A stretch of DNA of 64,000 bases from contig CACNLM010000003.1 in assembly GCA_902621305.1 (NCBI GenBank), forward strand, positions 46,539 through 110,538, in the 5' to 3' direction. The notes beneath the pieces were generated by a model. It worked only from the letters and a program-made list of their open reading frames with translations, made no database searches and had not been told where the DNA came from. Origin of the DNA: an uncultured Alphaproteobacteria bacterium. GTDB taxonomy: Bacteria; Pseudomonadota; Alphaproteobacteria; HIMB59; GCA-002718135. Positions within the stretch are counted from its first letter, which is position 1, and the number at the start of each line of letters is the position of its first letter. Shown piece by piece: positions 19,599 through 27,769 of the stretch. A program made the position numbers and the translations under genes.

Positions 19599-21206
19599 AT
19601 GACAAAAAAATATGATTTTATTATTGCGGGTGGTGGAACATCAGGAATTATTACAGCAACAAAATTAATTGATCATGGTGCTTCTGTTTTAATTTTAGAA
19701 GAAGGAATTAAATCCAATAATTTACTTTTATCGATGCCAGCTGGTTGGATTAAGGGTTTAGAAAATAGTCCATTCTTAAAATTTTATGAATCTATTCCGC
19801 AAAAACAATTAAATAACCGTCAGCACTTTATAGCTCAAGCTAAAACTCTTGGCGGAGGATCAAAAGTGAACGGTATGGTTTATATGCGTGGGAAACCTTC
19901 AGATTATAATAAATGGGAAGATGAGACTGAAGATAGTAATTGGAATTGGAACACGTTGATCAAGCATTTTGTTAAACTTGAAAATAATCAACGTATTCAA
20001 AATGAATATCATGGAAACAAAGGTAACTTAAAAGTTTCTGATCCTGGTTATATTGTAGAAGGTACAAAATTATATATCAAAACAATGCAAGCCATGGGTT
20101 TGCCTTATAATGATGATTTCAATGATGGTGATCAATATGGAGTAGGAACTATGCAATACACCATCGGCAATGGCAAAAGATGCGATGTGTACAGTGCTTT
20201 TTTACAATCAAAAACTAATAATAAAAATTTAGAAATCAAAACTAGTTCTATTGTAACAAAAGTTATTCTTGATCAAAAAAAAGCAATTGGTGTTGAATGT
20301 ATATCAAATGGTAAACCAACTAAATATTTTGCGAATGATATTATTTTAACATCAGGAGCATACGTAACACCTAAAATTTTAATGCATTCCGGAATAGGGG
20401 AAGAAGAGCAATTACAACAATTTAATATTCCAGTGATTGAAAATTTAAAAGGTGTAGGTAAGAATTTGCAAGATCATCATGAAGTACCTGTCATCTCCAG
20501 AGTAAAACCTGGTTATAGTTATTATAAACAAGATGAAGGATGGCGAATGATAAAAAATGGAATTCAGTATTTATTATTTAATTCAGGCCCTGTTCGATCT
20601 CAAGGTGTTGATAGTTGCTCTTTTTTTAATCCTGAAAATTTAGAAGATAAAAAAGATCCTAAAATTAAATTGTATTGTGTGCCAATAATGTATACCGATA
20701 GAGATACAAAGGGTATAAAACCTGATCACGGATTAACACTTACATCATGCTTAATGAATCCAAAATCAAGAGGGGAAGTAAGAATTCAATCTTCTAACCC
20801 GTTAGACTTACCTCTAATTGATCCAAATTTTTTAAGTCATTCTGATGATATGGATGTTATGCTGAATGCTGTTAAGTTAGCAAGAAAAGTAATTCAAACA
20901 AAACCTTTATCTGATATTGTTTTGGAAGAAACAGTTCCTGGTCAATTTATTAATTCAGATGAAGATATTATTAACTATTCAAAAAAAATGATCAAAACAA
21001 ATTGGCATCCTGTTGGAACATGTAAAATGGGTAAAGATAATGATAATATGGCGGTGTTAAATACAAAATTGGAAGTTAAGGGAATAAAAAATTTAAGAGT
21101 TTTTGATGTGTCGATGATGCCAACAATTGTCGGTGCTAATACTAATGCCCCAGCTATGGCAATAGCAGATAAAGCTACAGACTTATTATTGAGGCCAAAT
21201 CAATAA
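19599..21206 (+). CDS. GMC-family FAD oxidoreductase (choline dehydrogenase-like)
   Basis: 535 aa. N-terminal FAD fold DFIIAGGGTSGIITATKL, GGGSKVNGMVYMRG, and the C-terminal GMC block NWHPVGTCKMG...VFDVSMMP. Confidence 0.9.
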   Translation: MTKKYDFIIAGGGTSGIITATKLIDHGASVLILEEGIKSNNLLLSMPAGWIKGLENSPFLKFYESIPQKQLNNRQHFIAQAKTLGGGSKVNGMVYMRGKPSDYNKWEDETEDSNWNWNTLIKHFVKLENNQRIQNEYHGNKGNLKVSDPGYIVEGTKLYIKTMQAMGLPYNDDFNDGDQYGVGTMQYTIGNGKRCDVYSAFLQSKTNNKNLEIKTSSIVTKVILDQKKAIGVECISNGKPTKYFANDIILTSGAYVTPKILMHSGIGEEEQLQQFNIPVIENLKGVGKNLQDHHEVPVISRVKPGYSYYKQDEGWRMIKNGIQYLLFNSGPVRSQGVDSCSFFNPENLEDKKDPKIKLYCVPIMYTDRDTKGIKPDHGLTLTSCLMNPKSRGEVRIQSSNPLDLPLIDPNFLSHSDDMDVMLNAVKLARKVIQTKPLSDIVLEETVPGQFINSDEDIINYSKKMIKTNWHPVGTCKMGKDNDNMAVLNTKLEVKGIKNLRVFDVSMMPTIVGANTNAPAMAIADKATDLLLRPNQ

Positions 21207-21239
21207 TTTATTAAAGAAAATACTAATCAATTGATCTTA

Positions 21240-21281
21240 ATGGGGCAAAACTCCCTCAGTGGAGAGGGCTTTATACCCCAT
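21240..21281 (+). other. GC-rich nested stem-loop between convergent genes (probable terminator or structured RNA)
   Basis: ATGGGG-caaaact-CCCTC-agtgga-GAGGG-ctttata-CCCCAT forms a 6-bp outer and a 5-bp inner helix. It stands out against AT-rich flanks and is followed by a T-rich tract. Confidence 0.35.
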
Positions 21282-21310
21282 GAATATATAGTGTTTTATT
21301 TTTTATTTAT

Positions 21311-21580
21311 CTACTCGACCAAGAAAACTAATTCCTGGCTATCTAAATCAACACCTGCATCAGTTCTAAGTTTTGCTAATTCTGGGTCTTGCATTGCTGC
21401 TTGCATTTTTTCCATCGATTCAATCTCTAAAACTTGATAAATTTTAGTTTCATCATCTTTAGGGTGGCCATATGCTAAAACTTTTATTCCATATTTTTTT
21501 CTATGAGTATCAACACTCAGAAAAAGATTTTTCCATTTTTCATAACCTTCTTTTAATTTAACATTCATAATGATTTTCAT
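21311..21580 (-). CDS. Small conserved hypothetical protein (89 aa), paralog of 39885..40160
   Basis: About 50% identity by eye to 39885..40160 (MKII...GYE.WK..F....YG..VLAYGHPKD...IY.VL..ESM..MQ....P...KLRT.AGVDL). Confidence 0.6.
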   Translation of the reverse strand: MKIIMNVKLKEGYEKWKNLFLSVDTHRKKYGIKVLAYGHPKDDETKIYQVLEIESMEKMQAAMQDPELAKLRTDAGVDLDSQELVFLVE

Positions 21581-21646
21581 AATACGTCCTTTTTTCTATT
21601 TCTTTAATTTAAATATATTAGTCTATAGTTAATTACTTTTAGTTAT

Positions 21647-21970
21647 TTAATTTGCTTCTATAATTACCAAATTTCTCACAACAACATCTTCTTTATTGTC
21701 ACCTAAATGTGCCAAAGCTTCTTGATATCGAGGATCATTGTAACCATCTATTGCGTCTTGTACGCTATTAAATTCAACGACTGCTGAATATAATAAATCA
21801 AAATTCTTTTGAACATAGAATTTTGGCTCACTGCTAGCAGTAGGTACAAAATTTCCTGATTTCTTTTCTGCCTCCTCTGTAACAATATTCATAAATTTCT
21901 CTAAATATTGTCCCCATTTTTCTTCATTTTTAATTTCTTTTACTTGTCCAACCCAATATCCTTTTTTCAT
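21647..21970 (-). CDS. DUF1330-like small protein
   Basis: 107 aa. VVEFNSVQDAIDGYNDPRYQEA resembles the DUF1330 C-terminal block (ieFps...A..wy.SpeYq). Confidence 0.55.
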   Translation of the reverse strand: MKKGYWVGQVKEIKNEEKWGQYLEKFMNIVTEEAEKKSGNFVPTASSEPKFYVQKNFDLLYSAVVEFNSVQDAIDGYNDPRYQEALAHLGDNKEDVVVRNLVIIEAN

Positions 21971-21994
21971 AAATTCTTTTTAAATTAAGTTTAA

Positions 21995-22315
21995 TTACAT
22001 TTCTGTAGCACCAGTTTCTGTTTTCCAAATTAAACCATCTTTTTTTAGTGAAACTATCATTAGTGCTTCTTTATCGCCAGATGCATAAGTATTAAAGCGA
22101 TGTGTAACTAAAATTTCATCATTTTCATAAATACAACGAACTTTATCTTGAGTAATATTATTGAACATTTCTAATGTTTGTTCTTCACTTCCCTCACTTT
22201 TTTTAAAAACTTTATTTTGCTTATGACTAATAAATTCATGGTCTTCATGAAAAAGAGCTCTGTGAGCTTTTGCATCTTTTTCTTCAAATGCTTTTTGTAA
22301 TTTTTCAAATAACAT
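21995..22315 (-). CDS. Small hypothetical protein (possible NTF2/SnoaL-like fold)
   Basis: 106 aa. The fold guess rests on size and pattern only. Confidence 0.45.
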   Translation of the reverse strand: MLFEKLQKAFEEKDAKAHRALFHEDHEFISHKQNKVFKKSEGSEEQTLEMFNNITQDKVRCIYENDEILVTHRFNTYASGDKEALMIVSLKKDGLIWKTETGATEM

Positions 22316-22432
22316 AAATCTCCTTTTGTTTAGTAAAATCTAAAATTAAAATTTTACAATTTTGTGAATATTCTATTACTGGATAATAATTAAGTTAAGA
22401 AAAATAATGTTATTAATTAAAACTAATAAATA

Positions 22433-23152
22433 TTAATGAATAATTGAAAATTCAGATAAATCTCCACGCATTGTAGAAACGGATATTTGAATTTTATTTC
22501 CTTCTTTATCAACATCTAAACCTGTAGATATTAAGAGTGGCATTAATTTAGAAATTTTAATAATTCTTCTTTCATATGCATCTGGCAATCTTGTACTTAA
22601 ATACGTTTTACTGCGATGAAATTCATAGACACCCAAACTTTTCAAAGCCAGAGTTATGCTTAGGAATTTTTTTATTCTTTTTTCAATATCAGGAAATTTT
22701 TCTCTAATAAAATAATGCCTTGATATGGATACAACGCTACCATCAATTTTTCTCAATAGTTCACACATAATAATTTTTTTAAAATCTTTTGCTTCTAATA
22801 AATTTTTAACAAATATTGGAGGTTTCATTATTTTTGACCTTAAAAAAATAGCAGAGAAATCTCTTTTTTCTAACAAAGCATTTAAATGAAATTTACTATT
22901 TTTGGAAAGATGGACTCTGTAAATATTTTTAGTGATAAAACTACCTTTTCCTTGATGCGAAATTATAACGTTTTCATTTTCTAATTTTTTAATTGCTTTT
23001 CTTACTGAGTATCGTGAAATATTATTTTTTTTTGATAATATATTTTGAGATTCTAGTTTTTGTCCACTTAGTAGTTCTTTATTTAAAATTTTTTCTTTAA
23101 TTTTAAAATATAATACCTCCCATTGATTTTTATCATCGTTTAAAAGTATCAT
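22433..23152 (-). CDS. GntR-family (HutC/PhnF-like) transcriptional regulator
   Basis: 239 aa. N-terminal winged HTH (LESQNILSKKNNISRYSVRKAIKKLENENVIISHQGKGSFI) plus a UTRA-sized C-terminal domain. It is divergent from the phosphonate operon, as phnF is in other genomes. Confidence 0.75.
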   Translation of the reverse strand: MILLNDDKNQWEVLYFKIKEKILNKELLSGQKLESQNILSKKNNISRYSVRKAIKKLENENVIISHQGKGSFITKNIYRVHLSKNSKFHLNALLEKRDFSAIFLRSKIMKPPIFVKNLLEAKDFKKIIMCELLRKIDGSVVSISRHYFIREKFPDIEKRIKKFLSITLALKSLGVYEFHRSKTYLSTRLPDAYERRIIKISKLMPLLISTGLDVDKEGNKIQISVSTMRGDLSEFSIIH

Positions 23153-23274
23153 ATTTATTTTTTACATTTTTTTTGTTTCAATTTTACTACATTTATTTTC
23201 TTATTTCACACAGTAATAAAGTTGGTTACAACACAATATTAAAGTTGGAAGATAATTTAAATAAAATTCAATAT

Positions 23275-23296
23275 ATTTGTAATTTTTTTTACAAAT
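23275..23296. promoter_or_regulatory. Perfect palindrome ATTTGTAA-N6-TTACAAAT (candidate GntR-type operator)
   Basis: 8-bp arms lie 22 nt upstream of the GTG at 23318 and fit the general GT-Nx-AC GntR operator form. A 9-nt direct repeat TAAAGTTGG also occurs at 23217 and 23240. Confidence 0.3.
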
Positions 23297-23317
23297 AATT
23301 TTTCTATTACTTTTTTT

Positions 23318-24205
23318 GTGATAGTTAATTCTGACATAATTTATAAAGGTAACATTCACTGCCACTCAACTAATAGTGATGGTCAATTGTCACCTGAAAA
23401 GGTTTGTGAATTTTATAAAAACCTAAATTATGATTTTATTTCTTTAACTGACCATTTTAAAAGTGAATACAATTTTACCATTAGTGATACATCAAATTTC
23501 TCCGATGATAAATTTACAACAATAACTGGTGCAGAACTTCACGCTGGTAAAAATAGTAATGGAGACGAATGGCATATCTTATCTGTTGGTATTCCTAGAG
23601 ATTTCACTTCCCCGACTGAAGATGAATCTGGGCCTGAAATAGCTACAAGAGCTCTAAAAGCTGGAGCTTTTGTTGCTATCGCCCATCCTGAATGGTCAGG
23701 TTTAAATCTAAATGATGCATTATCTATGCCCTTAGGCATTCATGCAATTGAAGCATTTAATGGTGTTTGCAAAACTTTTGGAAGAGAAAATGGCTCATAT
23801 TTAATTGATCAAGTTATGGCTTCGGGTAGAATGATTGGAGCTATTGCAACTGATGATGCTCATTATTACGAAAAAGATGCCAATGCAGGTTGGGTTATGG
23901 TTCAAGCAGCATCTAACTCGCATAATGATATATTGGATTCACTTAAATCTGGAAATTATTATGGATCAACAGGGCCAGAGATAATTAGAAGTGAAATAGT
24001 TAGTGAATATTTTCATGTAGAAACTTCTAATGTTGATTATATCGGTTTAGTTGGTCGAGGAGCAAGATTTGAAAAAATTTCAGGTGAAAACCTTAAAGAA
24101 GCAAAACTTCCATTAGCAAAGTTCCATAATAGTTGGGCAAGATTAATTTTAAGAACAAATGACGGTAAACAGGCCTGGGGTCATCCGTTTAAGGTTTATT
24201 TATAA
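23318..24205 (+). CDS. PHP-domain metal-dependent phosphoesterase
   Basis: 295 aa with GTG start. N-terminal HCHSTNSDG, then LTDH, AELH, IAHPEW and ATDDAHY, matching the PHP-family His/Asp motif series. Confidence 0.7.
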   Translation: MIVNSDIIYKGNIHCHSTNSDGQLSPEKVCEFYKNLNYDFISLTDHFKSEYNFTISDTSNFSDDKFTTITGAELHAGKNSNGDEWHILSVGIPRDFTSPTEDESGPEIATRALKAGAFVAIAHPEWSGLNLNDALSMPLGIHAIEAFNGVCKTFGRENGSYLIDQVMASGRMIGAIATDDAHYYEKDANAGWVMVQAASNSHNDILDSLKSGNYYGSTGPEIIRSEIVSEYFHVETSNVDYIGLVGRGARFEKISGENLKEAKLPLAKFHNSWARLILRTNDGKQAWGHPFKVYL

Positions 24206-24208
24206 AAA

Positions 24209-25123
24209 ATGCGGTTCGTAATTATAAGAACTCTAAGAGCTTTTTTAACAATTTGGGGAGTCATTACTCTTACTTTCATTGCTACAAGAATAGCAGGAAA
24301 TCCGATTGATAATTTTGCACCCGAAGGTTTAAGTAATGAAGAGTATAACTATTTAATGGAGTATTTTGGACTCAATGAGTCATACTTTGTCCAATATGTT
24401 AGTTATTTTAAAGGAATAATAGAAGGTAATTTTGGTTTTTCTTATTTTTCTTTTCAACCTGTAACAGAAGTTTTTTTTAGTAAATTACCTAATACTTTAG
24501 CTTTATTTGGATATGCATTTTTAGTTTCATTAATAATTGGCATTCCTCTTGGAATTTACGCTGCTATTTACCGAAATTCAATTTTAACCACATTCATAAT
24601 GGCTTTAGCATTTACTGGATATGCTATTCCTAATTACATATTAGCTATATTTGCCATCCTTCTTTTTTCTTTTACGCTTCATTTATTACCAACTGTAGGT
24701 TTAGAAACTCCCTATCATTATATTATGCCAGTAGGCTGTTTAGCTATGTCTATGTTGGCCGGTAAAATCCGTTATTCACGCTCAGCAATGCTTGATGTTC
24801 TCAATGAAGATTATATTCGTACTGCAAGATCAAAAGGCTTATCAGAACGTATAGTTATTTTTAAGCATGCATTTAGAAATGCATCAATGCCTATCGTTTC
24901 AATTCTTGGATTACAAATTGCAGGTTTTATTGCTGCTGTTGTTTTAGTTGAAGCAGTTTTTGCCATTGATGGAATAGGGAACTTAATTGTTAAAGCTGCG
25001 ATCTTTAGCAATTATCCAATACTCCAATATGGTGTGATGCTATGGGGTTCAATAGTTGTATTGGCTACTCTCTTAGTTGATCTGACATATGCATTATTAG
25101 ATCCTAGAATTAGAGTAAACTGA
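24209..25123 (+). CDS. ABC peptide/opine/nickel-family permease (DppB/OppB/NikB-like)
   Basis: 304 aa, 6 TM. Conserved loop DYIRTARSKGLSERIVIFKHAFRNA. Confidence 0.9.
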   Translation: MRFVIIRTLRAFLTIWGVITLTFIATRIAGNPIDNFAPEGLSNEEYNYLMEYFGLNESYFVQYVSYFKGIIEGNFGFSYFSFQPVTEVFFSKLPNTLALFGYAFLVSLIIGIPLGIYAAIYRNSILTTFIMALAFTGYAIPNYILAIFAILLFSFTLHLLPTVGLETPYHYIMPVGCLAMSMLAGKIRYSRSAMLDVLNEDYIRTARSKGLSERIVIFKHAFRNASMPIVSILGLQIAGFIAAVVLVEAVFAIDGIGNLIVKAAIFSNYPILQYGVMLWGSIVVLATLLVDLTYALLDPRIRVN

Positions 25124-25995
25124 TGTTTTCAATTCTTAATAATAGTGAATTAGTTAAAAAATTCAAAAAAAGTGACTTAATCATTAAGGGAGGTTTATTT
25201 CTTTTATTCTTTTTAATACTTGTTGCTATCTTTGCACCTATTCTTGCACCTTATGATCCAAATTCGACGAGCTTGTTAGCTAGATTAAGACCTCCTTTAG
25301 GTTTTGAAAAATTTAAAGTTGGCTTTTTGCTAGGCACCGATGAACTTGGAAGAGATATGCTTTCAAGATTAATATATGGTTTAAGGTTTACTTTATTTAT
25401 TGCTTTAGTAGGATCATTAATCTCCATGACGATTGGAACCTTAATAGGTGTCATATCTGGATATGTTGGAGGTATCATAGACAACATTTTTATGATGTTG
25501 GTAGATATACAGATTGCATTTCCAGGTACTTTAATGGCTTTATTATTAATATCTGTTTTTGGCTCGAGTATTACAATCCTAATTTTTGTAGTAGGTATTA
25601 GTGGTTGGGAAAATTATGCTAGAGTTGTAAGAGGTCAAGTAATACAAATAAAAAATGAACCCTATGTATCTGCTGCGCAAGTAGCAGGGGCGAAACCAAG
25701 AAGAATTATTCTTCTTCATATGCTTCCAAATATTGCTTCCCCAATTATCGTTTTATACACTTTTGGTATTTCTAATATAATTTTATTAGAAAGTTCTTTA
25801 TCGTTCTTGGGCTTAGGTATTCAACCTCCAACAGCTACTTTAGGATCAATGACAGGCTTAGGGAGAGATTTTTTATCTTCCTATCCTCATATTTGTGTTT
25901 TGCCAGCGATAGTGATTTTATTAATTGCTTTAGTATTTTTGTTACTAGGTGATTGGTTACGAGATTCTCTTGATGTTCGTTTACAAAGAAAATGA
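25123..25995 (+). CDS. ABC peptide/opine/nickel-family permease (DppC/OppC/NikC-like)
   Basis: 290 aa. YVSAAQVAGAKPRRIILLHMLPNI loop. 1-nt overlap with the upstream gene. Confidence 0.9.
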   Translation: MFSILNNSELVKKFKKSDLIIKGGLFLLFFLILVAIFAPILAPYDPNSTSLLARLRPPLGFEKFKVGFLLGTDELGRDMLSRLIYGLRFTLFIALVGSLISMTIGTLIGVISGYVGGIIDNIFMMLVDIQIAFPGTLMALLLISVFGSSITILIFVVGISGWENYARVVRGQVIQIKNEPYVSAAQVAGAKPRRIILLHMLPNIASPIIVLYTFGISNIILLESSLSFLGLGIQPPTATLGSMTGLGRDFLSSYPHICVLPAIVILLIALVFLLLGDWLRDSLDVRLQRK

Positions 25996-26070
25996 TTTCA
26001 AGAGATGGTGTTTTATTTTTAATGGTTAAAAATAAAACTAAATTTAACTTTTTAGTTAATGGAGTAAACT

Positions 26071-27723
26071 ATGAAAATAAAAAAATTTGTTAGAAATTTA
26101 TTTATAATTCTAACATCTATTTCATCATTATCTTTAACTTCTTTTGCGAATGCAGTTGAAATAAAAGTTGGTGTGTTAAATCTATCAGCCACGTTTGCAC
26201 CAGCACAAAGTCACTCAAACGTTGATTCACAATTTTTTGTAAACATGATGGAACCTTTGATAGGTAAAAATGCAAAAAATATGGATAATGAATTTGGTCC
26301 GATGTTTGGTGGATTGGCTGAGTCGTATGAAATTCATCCAAGTAAACAAATTATTGATTTTAAAATTAGAAAAGGTGTAAAATTTCATAATGGTGATGAC
26401 ATGACCATTGAAGATGTTCTTTTTTCTTTACAATCAATGATTAATGTTACCGATCCTATAAGAACAGAAAGATCTAAAGAATTTTTTGGAAATATAGCTA
26501 GAGCTGAAGCACTCGATGAAAACACTGTTCGAGTTATAACAAAAAAACCAGATTTTCTAACGGAATTATTTCTATCTTCACAACAATCAATGATTTATCC
26601 TAAGAAATATCTTATGAGCTTGACAGGTGATCCTGATATTGATGAAATATCTGATTATCGTGCTTTCGGATTAGCACCTGTTGGTACTGGTCCTTATAAG
26701 GTTACATCATTTAATCCAAGAGTCGAAATTGTTTATGAAAGACATGATGATTATTGGGGTGAAAAAGCACCATACGATAAAATAACTATGGTAAGAATTC
26801 CAGAAGCTGCGGCAAGAGTAACTGCTCTTATCAATGGAGAAATTGATTTAGCTACAAACATAGCGCCAGATCAGTTGGCAACAATTGATAATGCCCCAGG
26901 TTATAAAACCACAGGTGCAGTAACTCCATTATTTCATGTAATCTATTTTGCTGGTGCTGGCTACGATAGGGAAAGTGATGCTCTCTCTGGTGGATCAAAA
27001 ACTTTCACTAAAGAACTTCGTCAAGCAATGGTATCAGCTGTAGATAGAGATCTTTTAAATGATGCTTTATGGTTTGGAAAGTCTGTAGTTCCTAGTACGC
27101 ATTCATATCCTAACTACGGGAAATTTTATACTCCTGATTTTGATACTTTTAGTTACGATATTGAAAAAGCTAAAAAACTTATCAAAGATAATAATTTAGA
27201 AGGAACAAAATTAGAATTTTGGACTGATCCATATTATTATACAAATGGTCTTCTGGCTGCTCAGGCAATGGCCGAGATGTGGAAAGAAATTGGTATTGAT
27301 GTAACTATTCGAACAACGGAAACTTGGGCTTCTAAAGGTGAGCCTGGTTCTTGGGGGTACAATGGTCAAATGCAGAATTGGTCAAATCCAATGTATTATG
27401 CAGATCCTCATGGCTCATTTGGAAAAATGTGGGCTCCAGGTGGTGCAGGAATGACAAGAGAACTTTGGAATCCATCGATCGGTATGGATGCATATACTGA
27501 ATTGTATAATGAGTTTAGATGGGAATTAGACCCTGAAAAAAGAAATGCAAAATATGGTGAAATAATGGATCTCGTCAAAGAAGATGCTTTCATGTTAGTT
27601 CTATATCAACCATTTGAAAGTTATGGAATGAGAGAAGATCTTCATTGGGATCCTTTCCCTGGACATATACCATACGTTCTTGATTTTAGAGCAGGCATGT
27701 TTGAGGATGATAGATTAAATTAA
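26071..27723 (+). CDS. ABC substrate-binding protein, family 5 (DppA/OppA/NikA-like)
   Basis: 550 aa with a signal peptide ending SFANA. Family-5 blocks (VKFHNGDDMTIEDVLFS, GTGPYKV). Confidence 0.9.
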   Translation: MKIKKFVRNLFIILTSISSLSLTSFANAVEIKVGVLNLSATFAPAQSHSNVDSQFFVNMMEPLIGKNAKNMDNEFGPMFGGLAESYEIHPSKQIIDFKIRKGVKFHNGDDMTIEDVLFSLQSMINVTDPIRTERSKEFFGNIARAEALDENTVRVITKKPDFLTELFLSSQQSMIYPKKYLMSLTGDPDIDEISDYRAFGLAPVGTGPYKVTSFNPRVEIVYERHDDYWGEKAPYDKITMVRIPEAAARVTALINGEIDLATNIAPDQLATIDNAPGYKTTGAVTPLFHVIYFAGAGYDRESDALSGGSKTFTKELRQAMVSAVDRDLLNDALWFGKSVVPSTHSYPNYGKFYTPDFDTFSYDIEKAKKLIKDNNLEGTKLEFWTDPYYYTNGLLAAQAMAEMWKEIGIDVTIRTTETWASKGEPGSWGYNGQMQNWSNPMYYADPHGSFGKMWAPGGAGMTRELWNPSIGMDAYTELYNEFRWELDPEKRNAKYGEIMDLVKEDAFMLVLYQPFESYGMREDLHWDPFPGHIPYVLDFRAGMFEDDRLN

Positions 27724-27731
27724 ATTATAAA

Positions 27732-27755
27732 GGAGGGCAGAATAATCTGCCCTCC
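27732..27755 (+). terminator. Intercistronic 10-bp stem-loop after the SBP gene
   Basis: GGAGGGCAGA-ataa-TCTGCCCTCC, 9 nt after the stop codon. No U-tract. Confidence 0.5.
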
Positions 27756-27769
27756 ATGATTAATATTTT

